This document shows positions 48,847 through 61,006 of a stretch of DNA of 64,000 nt, in pieces. Below the pieces are notes generated by a model. That model was not told the origin of the DNA and searched no databases. It was given only the letters and a program-made list of their open reading frames with translations. Source of the DNA: Laetmonice hystrix (Eukaryota); NCBI GenBank assembly GCA_965235115.1, contig OZ249440.1:35156001-35220000 (forward strand), given 5' to 3'. The translations under genes were made by a program, and so were the position numbers. The first letter of the stretch is position 1. Each line of letters begins with the position of its first letter.

Positions 48847-49917
48847 CTGGCAAGAAGCAATAATCTTCCCCATCCCAAAACCAGGAAAAGACCATAGTGA
48901 AGCTAACAATTACAGACCAATAGCCTTAACAAGTTGCTTGTGCAAAACCATGGAGAGAATGATTAATGATCGCCTCGTCTGGAAGCTCGAATCTGAAAAA
49001 CTCATCACTGATTTTCAGTGTGGCTTCCGGCGAGGGAGAAGTACTCTGGATCATCTGGTCAGACTTGAGACATACATCCGAGATGCTTTTATCAACCGTG
49101 AACATGTCTTTTTTGACCTTGAAAAGGCATACGACACAACATGGAAGTACGGCATTCTAAAAGATTTACATGACATGGGTTTTAAGGGGCGTTTGTCCAC
49201 TGTCATATCTCAGTTTTTATCCAACAGACATTTTCAAGTCAGAGTAGGCACTACCCTCTCTGACTTGCATCACCAGGAATTAGGTGTGCCTCAGGGAAGC
49301 ATTTTGTCTGTTACCCTTTTTAGTCTTAAGATCAACAGCATTGTTAACTCGGTTAAAACTGGCATGCCCTGCAGCCTGTTCGTTGATGACTTTAACGTCT
49401 GCTGCAGAGGCAAAAAGATGAATGCCATTGAAAGACAACTCCAACTCTGTCTTAATAGAATCCATGCTTGGTCGAAAATGGTTTTAAGTTTTCCAAATCT
49501 AAAACGGTCTGCATGCACTTTTGCAAGCTGCGTGCTTTCCATCTTGACCCCGAGTTGACAATGGATGGAGATCCCGTGAAAGTTGTTAAAGAGACAAAGT
49601 TCCTAGGTCTCACTTTTGACAGAAGCTGTCTTTTATTCCTCACATTAAATCGCTCAAATCCAGATGCCTTAAGGCTCTGGATGTTCTCAAGGTTTTATCT
49701 GGCACAAACTGGGGGGCAGACAGTACAGTCCTTTTACAACTGTACAGAGCTTTAATCCGGTCGAAGCTCGATTACGGTAGCATAGTTTATGGTTCTGCTT
49801 GTAAGTCTTACATTCGGCTTTTGGACACGGTTCACCACCAGGGTTTACGGCTTTCACTTGGGGCTTTTAGAACGTCCCCTGTTCAGAGCCTCTATGTGGA
49901 GGCCCGCGAGCCATCGC
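48845..49917 (+). mobile_element. Internal LINE RT fragment, frameshifted
   Basis: SWQEAII...LFVDD...EAREPS; 9-nt deletion (HVFFDLEK); follows directly the tail of the previous copy. Confidence 0.93.
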
Positions 49918-50089
49918 GCACGCCCTCACGTCATAAATACCTTATTTCCCGATATTAGGTTTTTTTCATAAATTATTTGGTTCCATTGACATTAACTAGC
50001 AATTGGTACAATCATTTGATTTCGCCTGACATTTCTGTACGTTATTGTAAACCTTGTCTCTATTTGTGCACAATGACATGCCGTGTAGT

Positions 50090-51520
50090 CATTATATTAT
50101 GTTCTTTTGCACACTCACGTGGGAGAGGACATCGCAAGTGCCTCTCCCACTGTTCCCCTGTACCCGTCAGCATTGGTATTTAGCTACTCACTTCAAGCCG
50201 TCCAACGCGGATCCTGCCACAACTGTCTTTACCAGGCGGTGTCTGTCCGGCAAAGAAGGTATGGTTATCGCTTCATATGTATCAGCTTATAAAGAGATTT
50301 ATAAGTTAATTCCGCTGTAGAGATAATGACAAGTACTTGCCGCATGTGCACCCAACAAGTTATCGTTAGGCAATATTGCACTATGGGACTGTTAACGTTA
50401 TCTTCGCTTTGTATATCGCCACTGCATGTATAGACGGTCAGTAATAACTTCTTGTCCGGAGATCTTGGTGGAAATATTGGTTATAGCTTGTACTCTGTCA
50501 TGGGCTTCAGTAATGTGATACTGCTCATTCTTACACGCACTCATGGGGGCCGACATGTTCACGGCTGATCCCACTATCTACCTCTCCCCGCCAATGACAC
50601 CCATCATGTCTGCTTCGGTGTTTCTGACGCATGTGAGAGGAAATGGAACTGGGCGCCTGCCAGTCACGCACGTCAAGGGTCATAGTAGTCTGCGCCTGTC
50701 CTTGCCCACCCTCATGTCACAATGTTATCCGCTGCCCGACGTCAGGGCTTCTCCGACAAAGGTACGATCAGGGGTTATGTCACCATGCCATTTGTTCACT
50801 TCCTTTTCTTATTCTAATGACCAGGATCTCATGTTCTGTATTGGTTACCCTGGGTACGATATGATAGATGTTACAATATATTTTATTTCGGGATTGACCG
50901 TCTCACCGACACTGCTTATTTCTCCACATTACACATTTGTAGCATGCAGCATTGATATAATGACATGTAGCAGCACTGTCATGCCCTTTTCTAATTATAT
51001 TATTTTTCTTTCAACCCTTTCATGGGGCACCACATGTGGGACCGTACGCCCACTTCCCATAGGACGCTAACTACATTCTCGACAACTCCCCATCTAATAT
51101 GTATAGCGACACCTCCACGTTCTCCGCTGCCTGACGTTAGGGCATTTCCGGAGAAGGTACGATTACGGATTCTACCAGTATGGCGTATCTTTTACATACA
51201 ATATTCCAGCAATTTCCAAAACCTTATTGTCATTTCATCATTACCATCGGTACAATATTATAGCGAATATAATCTCATTAACTTCATTGTAGATAAATGT
51301 TATTACCGTAAATGCCTTCTCTTCATGTAAAGATATTTGTACAATGCTGCAATTATATAATGCATGTACCACCATTATCATGCCCTCTTTTAATTATAAT
51401 CATTTTTTTTCCACGCTGTCATTCCTGACGATTTGCGGATGAGTCAGCCGACAGAGCGCCTCTCCAGGGCAATGACACCCTGTACATACACCCCACCGCC
51501 TTCCGTCATATGTATACCGA
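50090..51520 (+). repeat. Degenerate ~400-480-bp tandem units
   Basis: CCGCTGCCYGACGTYAGGGC...AAGGTACGAT at ~50729 and ~51124; ATAATG(A)CATGTA...TCATGCCCT...TAATTATA at ~50957 and ~51357; weaker matches at ~50070-50260. Confidence 0.7.
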
Positions 51521-52752
51521 CACATAGACGTTTACGGATGTTATCCATTGTGAATCATGTCAGGATGTTGTCAATAAAGTTTTGTTTTACCAAATCTTGC
51601 ATGTCTCGGATAACTTTTGTTCCCTTTCTGGGCAATTATAGGATTTGCATATATCCATACACACAATGACATCTTCGAGAATTTCTAATATACAATGAGT
51701 CCTGTCGGCATACTGTACTACATTACACATTGAAACCTGTTACACATCGCCGCCATTCTCCTAACGTGCTACGTAATAATATATCAGGCTCTGCCAATAT
51801 ACATGTATGCACTTCGCCATTGGTGGTTGTCGTCCCAGCATGCAGGGTCGCATTGGGTCACTAGGCGGCCCATTCTTTATTGTTGTTATAAAGATGTTTC
51901 CCCACGAAAAGGGTCCCCAATTTAGTCCACTCAACTAGACACTTTGGCATACCGACAGTCAGCTAAATAACGGGCGTCGGTCAATTGTACCGGGGTAATG
52001 CTTCCAGTATTACGGGGTGAGCCATCTCGGCAGTACTGATTTTGTGCCCATGTCGTGCCCATTATACTTGTACATACGGGAATAAAATACGACACCATTT
52101 CCCCCCGCATTATCCGTATGAATAGATTTGCAATGTCTAATATACATAGCACCCCGCATAAGTAGCCTGTCATAAGGGAACCCCAACACTCCACCCCACT
52201 TCCCACCTATTTTACAGGGCGTCAGGGGATAATGTGGTAAGGTACGGACGGGCAGGTCATTTCTGGGCCACAGTATAGGAGGGAACGTATTTCATCACCA
52301 CAACATGAACGGTACTAACAGACATATTTATTTCATTTCATGCTCCAAATGATTTTCCTCCAAACATACACCATGCTTACCCTTCCACTATATTCCCTGT
52401 CCCTATACACTGTACAAACTCCCTCCCCCCCAACCCACACACACACTATATCCCACAAAAATGAGACATGCGGTATTTAGGTCAACACTAGACTAGAGGG
52501 AGATACCCTTCCACACCCGGAAGTCACGTGATCACGCGTCATCATCGCCCGACCGCGGCCAACTCAAATATCGTGTGGGCCGCTCGCTAATTCTGAGCTA
52601 CGTATTTGCGAGAGATTTGGCATATTTTCCTTACTAAATACTGGTCGCTGGGCCATAACAGTCTCACATGATGTTACTGGGAGTCCAAGGTATGCGAATC
52701 ATATGTTTCTAAGACTGCCATAAATCGAAAAAAATGAATTTTACGACTCCCT

Positions 52753-55700
52753 TTAAAACCCATGTCATGTAAATCTTTTAGAATGCCGTACTTCCATGTT
52801 GTGTCGTATGGGCAATTCCACAGTATTTTTCTGTCACGGAGTGGACATTTGCACATGTTTAAATAATACCTGTATGAAAATAAATGTGGGTGCAGAGCTT
52901 TTTCCTGTCTAGTCTGGTAGTTCATACTTAAGTGTATTTATTGTGCTAAAAATATTTCCTGATATCGCCACAGATTTTTTGTCAGGATACATTTAACGGT
53001 TCGTCACGGAGGGGACATGCACAAAGAAGTACTCCATGATCCAAAGAACATTTCTAGAGAATTGTGTGAATCATCTGAAGATATAATTAAAAACTTTATA
53101 AGGGTTAATTCCATTGGGATTACCAATATAAGGAAGTACAATAGAAAACACAAACTATGCAGGTGTTGTTACCATCTGCTGTCAAACTCAGCATCCACCT
53201 GTCACGGAGGGGACAGACCATGTGTCACGGAGGGGACGAGTACAAGAGGTTTATAATATAACATGAATAATTGGCTACTAAAATTGTTTTGCCTCAAAGG
53301 ATAGTAACTGAAATAGGGGGATATGCACCAACAAAGATTTGTTTATGGTTTAGGCCTCCTCCACTCCAACCACCATATTATTGATGCACTGATGGATGCT
53401 AATACATTTTGTTTCTTAATCGTCGTAATTTCCAACCAAACACGTTCAAATTCAACTACGCAGTTCCATTGGAGAATTCTACTTTCTACTTGCTTATTTT
53501 ACCAATATCCATCACACTACGTAAGTTAATGCCCAAGGGCTGTATCAGAAAACATCTGGCTTATTAAGTACCGAGGTGGACCCTCCTCTGTACATAATCC
53601 AATTTCTTCGCCCAAATTTCTTTAGATGCTGAATATGCTGTTATATGAGCGAATCAGCCTTTTCAGGAAATAGGATGTAAAATTGCATCCCTCAGAATTT
53701 TGAAAGTTGATTGTTGAGGAAAACCACTGCACTGCATTGTTAAAAAAAAATATCATTCTTGCCTCAACAAGCTACTCAGTCTATCTGTTAATGCCAATTA
53801 CAATGTTTAGTAGCTAACTCAGCTTGCAACCAATGTGTTCTCTGTACTATGATGAATGTACATTCCAGGCAGCATCAAGTACTGAACACTTGAACATGCC
53901 CAAGGTTCCCCAACAAACATATCAACTTAAGTCTACTCTGGACAATCACACATGATTTTGCCATTTTTTTATTAAATGGAAAATGGCATTTGTCCCCTCC
54001 GTGACTTAAGTCACGGAGGGGACAAAAGGTTGCCCTCGATTTGTGATGCCCTTGGACATTTTCATGTGAAGTTTGTTACACCTTGGTCATACTTGAACTT
54101 ATCTATGATGGAATACCAATGTACATGAAGATCCGTTTCATAAGCAAATTGTAGCGGGAATGTAATCAAAGAAGAATGTCACGGAGGGGACATTTTTTCA
54201 TTCAGCTTGCAACCAATGTGTTCTCTGTACTATGATGAATGTACATTCCAGGCAGCATCAAGTACTAAACACTTGAACATGCCCAAGGTTCCCCAACAAA
54301 CATATCAACTTAAGTCTACTCTCTTCTCTGGGGGCAGGGGTAAATCTAAAGAAATGTCCCCTCCGTGACAGTGAAACCGCCAAGTTTTAACGAATAAACT
54401 TAATTTTTCCATAGAAAAAAATAATTTTCCATCAAAATTGCATTTGATCATCAAAGTATATGTTCTTCTCAAATGTTAAAGGGGCATGCTATGAAACACG
54501 TTTTTGAGGATTTCCGGCAATTATCCAACATGACCGTGTACTAGGGGTCCAAGTAAATAATCCTACCACAGCATTTTGTCCTACGACGTGTTTTCGCTGC
54601 GTATGCAGCACAAGTAGGTTCTATACGACCAAACCTATAGATTTCTCCCGATAGCACATCTCCCGCCATAATTTGGTAGACAACCTACCATCAACTCGTG
54701 TATTTGCATACTGTGTCACATCCTGTGTGTGCACTCTCTGCATGTGCTTAGTCACGTGCTTTGCTTAGTTGTAAACAATTCAGCAGTGGCACTCGATCGT
54801 CCGGCATCAGAATGCCACCCAAAAAACATTTTACGAAATCGGCAGAGAAGCAGGCAAGGGAGCTTAATAAACTTCGATTTCTCACGCAAAATGAAACTGA
54901 TAAGTCTGTCTTTGTTTACTAAGCAATTTTAATGAAGGGTCTCTTTATGAAAACAGCAAAAGTTCTATAAATTACTGATTTTTATCGTTTCCTCATAATA
55001 TGCCCCTTTAATGGTACTTATTTCAACCCTACAATCATTTTCAATTTTCAGTGTCTTGGTTGACAATACTGTGGAATTGCCCGTATGCCTTTTCAAGGTC
55101 AAAAAAGACATGTTCACGGTTGATAAAAGCATCTCGGATGTATGTCTCAAGTCTGACCAGATGATCCAAGAGTACTTCTCCCTCGCCGGAAGCCACACTG
55201 AAAATTAGTGATGAGTTTTTCAGATTCGAGCTTCCAGACGAGGCGATCATTGATCATTCTCTCCATGGTTTTGCACAAGCAACTTGTTAAGGCTATTGGT
55301 CTGTAATTGTTAGCTTCACTATGGTCTTTTCCTGGTTTTGGGATGGGGATGATTATTGCTTCTTGCCAGGAAAGGGGTACATTACCAGATATCCAGATAT
55401 TGTTGAAGATGTGAAGAAGAATGAGAAGGGTGGTGTCAGGTAGATGTTTTAAGAATTGGTAATGTATTTTGTCAGGTCCAACTGCAGTGTCACGTGATTT
55501 TTTAAGAGAGCATCTTAGTTCTTCAATGGAAAAGAGTTGGTTATACTCTTCTCTCTTGTCAGAGTTAAAGTTTAGTTTTTTTTTCTTTATGAGCACGAAT
55601 GGCTTGGAATTGAGGGAGGCAGTTACTGGAGGAGGGGTTTGTTTGAAAGGTATCAGCCAGTTTGTTTGCTATTGCATCTGTGGTGGTTAGTAAGGTGTCT

Positions 55701-58615
55701 TGATGTTTTAAGTGTTGGACTCCAGTACCACGTCCCTTGCCTTTAAGTTTCTGTATCATGTTCCAGACTTTTTTTATGGGAGTACGAGAGGTCAGGCTGG
55801 AGACGTAGTCTCTCCAGCTCTGCCTCCGTCTCTCTTTACAGATACGGCGTGCCCTTGCTCTCATGATTTTATAATTAGTAAGGTTTACTGCAGTTGGATG
55901 CCTGTTGAAAAGGCGTTCTGCCTTTTTCCGGTCTTTAATTGCTTGCTTGCATTCATCATCAAACCATGGATTTGAGACATGTTTAGGAATTGTCGAGGTT
56001 TTAGGAATTGTCTTGTCTGCAATGGAGATGAAAAGTGAGGTAAAATGCTCCATTGCATCAGGATCGTTAATGTTGTCTGCTGTGAATTCCTCCCGACAGA
56101 GGGTCTGGAAGGAGTGCCAGTCGGCTTTTTTAAGTTGCCACCTTTGTTGTTTTTCCCCCATGTCAGGCCCTTCATATGCAAGTATGGTGGGAAAGTGGTC
56201 ACTCCCGCAAAGGTCATCCCAGACCCTCCAGGAGAAATCAAGCAGCAGATCTGGTTCAGCTATTGCAAGGTCAATGGCTGTATAGGTGCCATGACCAGGA
56301 TGTAGCTATGTGAACCATCATTAAAAATGCATAGAGCATGATTATCAATGAACTCTTCAATCTTCTTGCCCTTGCCATCAGTTGTGGTGCCACCCCATAA
56401 GGGATTGTGGCCATTAAAATCTCCCAAGAGGAGATATGGAGTTGGCAGTTGACCCACTATATCATCAAGATCCTGGTGGGCCAAGTTACTGTTTGGAGGA
56501 ATGTATATGGAGCAGATAGTGATGGCTTTATGCAGAGTTAGGCGTACTATGGCTATTGCTTGTAACGGTGTGTCTATTGTTACAGGGCTATGGATGAGGT
56601 CTTGTCGAACCAGAATGGCAGTGCCGCCAGCAGCACGGTCACCATCTGGTGCAAAACCAAAGAAAGTCTGATAGCCCTTAAATGAGACCTTGTCTTGGGC
56701 AGTAAGAAATGTTTCTTGTAGGCAAAGGGCAAGAGGGTTGAGGGTTTCTGCTAAAAGTCTGAGTTCATTAAAATTGGCTCTAAAACCTCGACAATTCCAC
56801 TGGAGGAAGCACTTGCCCGCCATCAAGGTGGTTTGACAGGCAAACGCCCCCTAGTTTTAATTTTGGGGGAAAGGCTGCGACTACGGCAAGATGTAGCGTC
56901 AGCCATTTCAACATCTTGAAGATGCTGAAACTTGTTGGTTAGTGCTATTGCACTGGTGTTGGAGGCTGCCTTGGGCAGCCGGTCTGTTATTATTTTCTTT
57001 TTCATTTTATCTTTTGTTGAAGAGTGAGTGGGCGAGTCTTTTTGGGTGGAAGTGGGGGGTTTGCTCGGTCCGGCCTGTGGAGGAGGAACCGAGGTTGTCT
57101 GGCTCTGGGTCGAAACGGCTTTTTTCGGTGGTTGACTCGTGCTGTCAGTGGGATCAGTGTAGGTCTCGGGCACATCCCTCTTGACCCACACCATCTCCGT
57201 TTGACACGCGAATGTCCGTGTGGTGGGTTTAGTAGTGGCAGCATAGGTTTTTACAGTTGGTGGTAGCATATACTGCTCCACCAACTTGCGTGCCTCAGGA
57301 AAACTGATCTTTCTTTCGGTTTTCACTTTAAGAATCTCTTTTTCCTTTTTCCACACAGAACAATCGCGCGAAATGGCAGAATGGCCTTTCTCCGCAGTTG
57401 GCACATTTGGCGGGTTGTTGACAGTTGTTATGTTCATGCCCTTTTTCAGAGCATGATGATTTGGCACATTTCTGCTCATTCCGACACGAGTCGGTCCCAT
57501 GCCCAAACCTCTGGCATTTAAAGCACCTAAAAGGGTTTGGGATGTATGGGTCCACTTTTACTTTCAAGAACCCAACCTCGAGTTCCTCTGGTAGAGTGGG
57601 GCTTGTCAAAAGTGAGGAAGTAAGTGTGTGTCTTTATGGTATTACCATCTCTTTTCACAATCAGCCTCCTCACTTCTGACACACCCTGCCAGCTCAATCC
57701 AGCAAGGATCTCCTCTTCTGGTGTTGTATCTAAGGAGTACGTACGAATAACACCCTTGCTGGAGTTGAGTGACTGGTGCCGAGAGCCCTTAATGCCGTAA
57801 CCCGCCAGCGTTGTCGCACGTAGCAGGTTCTCAGCTTGGGCCCTCATGGCACACTCTACCAAAAGTTGGCCAGATCTTAATCTTTTGCAGTCTTTGACTG
57901 TTCCAGCTATCCCCAGTATGCCTTTATGAATGGCAAATGGGGATAGCTTGGAAAGTGGTCGTTCAGGGTCAGAGGGTTCAATAACAATGAATCTTCGCCA
58001 TTCTACTGCAGTTTGATGTTCGTCATCCACAGACCGGTCCGAGTCGTCATCAGTAAGTTTCAGCATTTTACGTTTGGTGGGGTTTTTGGATGCCATGGTT
58101 GTGTTATATTGGTTCACCAACCCTATTACCCACCCTCCTCGGAGCCCAACAAGGGGAAGTGCAGAGCTGCGGTATCCGGCAGTTGCAAAACAAGGATATA
58201 GGGTTGGTATACTCAAGCAATGGAACGAAAGAGGGTGTTGCCATTACTTGATTGACCCTAGCCACCGCCTTCTAGAAGTAAAGAATAAATAGTTACGATA
58301 GATGTTGCCTATTGTGATAGAGCATTAAATGCACTAGAAAGTAAAGTTTACTTAATATATAAAATCCTAGGGCAAGGCGTGAGCAGCCGATTGATTGGAT
58401 CGGGCCTCTCCAACCTCCCGTCTAGGTGAAGTAGGAGCCAAAGCACCGTGTTGGACCTGTGAAAAGCCGCAGCAATTCACCGTCCTCAGGTACCAGGACC
58501 TCTTCCTCCACCGACACGGGTCGCGACTCACGGCAAACAAGTCGCCCCATTTATTCGCCTCTTACGAACAGCCAGGGGTGGCTGGGGAACATTCTTACCC
58601 CGGTCCCCACGGGGG
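52753..58615 (-). mobile_element. 5'-complete, 3'-truncated degenerate LINE copy with divergent ORF1
   Basis: Full 5' UTR 58097-58615, ORF1 ATG 58096 (MASKNPTKRK), ORF2 from 56823, several frameshifts; interrupted by 52810-55082; ends at a TTAA near 52753. Confidence 0.93.
52810..55082. mobile_element. Non-autonomous TIR DNA transposon (possibly Sola2-like)
   Basis: TIR GGGCAATTCCACAGTATT / AATACTGTGGAATTGCCC inserted in LINE RT; TSD GTAT (4 bp), or CGTATG (6 bp) if TIR is one base shorter; internal TGTCACGGAGGGGACA repeats; ~120-bp duplication 53819-53938 / 54202-54322. Confidence 0.85.
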
Positions 58616-59096
58616 AGCCGTATTGGAATATGGGACAAGCTTTTGCTCCTTCACCGTTTTTGGGACCACTAAAATATACATTTACCTATTCGCTCCACCC
58701 CACTATTTTGATTTTATGATTCTAGTCTAGTTAGACCACACTTTATTAATTTTGTTCCCTCTAATTTATTTTTCCCCAGGAGCTGAAACCCAAGCGAGGT
58801 GTGAAATGGTATCTGTTTGTACAAGTCCAATGATGGAGAGGAGATCACCATCCAAGCCATACTCCAAACAGACACCCGACTGTAATTACATGATAGAGAC
58901 CTTCATGATGAGATTCCCTTGGGCTTTGAGAACCTATTTAAAAAAATGAGTTTCAGCGGGAAGGAAGCGGTTGGGTCCTAGATTTTGTCATTAAACTGGA
59001 TGTTAAAGGGAAAAGTGACAAGTGACTATCTTCTCAAAATTTGAAATCCATTACATAATTATGAAATTTTTACTTAATATTCCTCAACTAATGTAG

Positions 59097-59397
59097 AACG
59101 GGAATATCATTAAAACACTCCATCCTGTCAGCCCAACAGCGCTATGGACGAGCCTGAGCTATAAAAGAGTCAGAAGTCCAGCCTCTGACAAAAACTCTAA
59201 AATCACTCCTGATCTGACATTGCTAAAAAGATTCCTACGACTTGTCTCCTAAAACCGTTGTCTGCTCAGAGTAAAATCACCACACTCAAGTAAAAGATGC
59301 TTCAGTGTCAAAGGACAGGGACAGCCATAACATTCTGGAGGTGGCTCCCCCTTCAATAAAAACACGTGGGTTAATCTAGAATGACCAATCCTGCATC
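59097..59397 (-). mobile_element. LINE ORF2 3' end with partial type-B UTR
   Basis: RCRIGHSRLTHVFLL...; UTR breaks off at ATATTCCCGTT. Confidence 0.9.
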
Positions 59398-60122
59398 TCC
59401 TCATTACAGTCCTGATTACAACAACATCGGTGACAAGGCAGAACAAATGATCACGGCGTTGGTAAATTCAAAGTTACCCCAGTACCTATCTCGGCGCGTC
59501 AACGATACCCCAGTAGGGTAATGAATTTAGCTATATGGACTTTCGACTAGGCCTATTTGGGTGTGTCACCGATACCCCAGTAAGTTAATAGGTTAACAAG
59601 TTGGGCTTATTAGCTCAGTCACCTTAATCATAATTAATTAATTTTGCTGTACATAATTAGCCCTTGTTCACCGGCTTAGAGGCACATGTGTCCAGTTTGG
59701 AGTTCTTGCCGGTCTATCTCAGGGACTTGTCTTTAGGTCCTGTAGGGTCATAAATGTTTTTGGGTCATGTGGACCGGTCCTTACTGGACTCACCCGCTGT
59801 TCTGAATCAAACAGGACCCACCCGCTGTTCTGAATCAAACAAACTACGTTTAATTGAACGGTTAATGATGGATCCCACCTTCACACAACTTTGCTTGAGT
59901 TAATGTTAATGTTATACTCATGTCGATTATCCACAGTCCAGCCCATACCGTCGCCTTCCTTCTTTCTCTCCTAAAATCCTGTGACGGTCTTGGACTCTGC
60001 ACCATGTCTGGCTGTTTTAGCCTATATCCATCTCTGGTGTCCAGGTTATGCCTGATATTTAATTTTTCCATGGTTATTAGTACTTGAAGTTTCAGTCCTT
60101 CTAGTACCCGCAGTGGTCGGAG

Positions 60123-60924
60123 GTGAGTGAGTGAGTAGTAGTGGTTTTGCGCCGTGTCGGCATCTGGGGCCATCTTCACGGCGAAAACAGAGTTATAAGA
60201 CCATATTTTATCCCGGGTCCTAACGGTAACACCACCAAAACACATCTATAAAAGAGTCAGAAGTCCAGCCTCTGACAAGAACTCTAAAATCACTCCTGGT
60301 CTGATATTGCTATAAAAGATCCTTAAGACTCGTCTCATTATGAAACCTTTGTCTGAGAGTAAAATCACCACATTCGAGTAAAAGTTGCTTCAGTGTCGAA
60401 GGACACTGACAGCCATAACATTCTGGAGGTGGCTCCCCCTTCAATAAAAACACATGGGTTAAACTAGAATGACCAACTCTGCATCGAGTAAAAACAATTT
60501 CTTGCCTCCGTTGGGTTAGGCCATTCGGCCTGCCATTTGTTTTTAACATAAGCCCAGATGGTAGGTCTGAGGTCAGAGGCTGGGATTGGACACAATTCGA
60601 CGTCTGTTTCAAGAGCCCTCTTGGCAGTTCTGTCAGCTTGCTCATTGCCTGGGATGCCAACATGACCAGGCACCCAACAAAAGTGAATATCAAAGTTTGC
60701 ACTGGCAAGAACTGCCAACTTGGACAAGATTTGGACGATCACTGGGTGATCTGTGTTCAAGTTAGCGAGTGCTTGCAGACAGGACAAGGAATTCGAGAAA
60801 ATGAGGAAGTCCTTTTTGTCAGAAACTTCAACATTTTGAATGGCAAGAAGCAGGGCCCGGGCCTCTGCTGAGAAAATGGAGCTTTGCCCCGAGATGCGGG
60901 TGCCGAAGTTGTGCTTGCCATGCT
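60123..60924 (-). mobile_element. 5'-truncated LINE (RNase H, type-A UTR with deletion, tail)
   Basis: RNase H motifs, internal deletions, GTGAGTGAGTGAGTAGT tail on + strand. Confidence 0.92.
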
Positions 60925-60925
60925 T

Positions 60926-61006
60926 ACACCCAGCGTTAAGGAGAAACTGATCCATGATTTACAGCGGCACCCATTCTCCATCAACCTTGATGAATGTACC
61001 AGTAAT
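60926..61006 (+). pseudogene. Tiny hAT transposase remnant
   Basis: TPSVKEKLIHDLQRHPFSINLDECTSN resembles the hAT FS(L/I)xxDE(S/C)T first-catalytic-Asp motif; only 27 codons. Confidence 0.5.
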
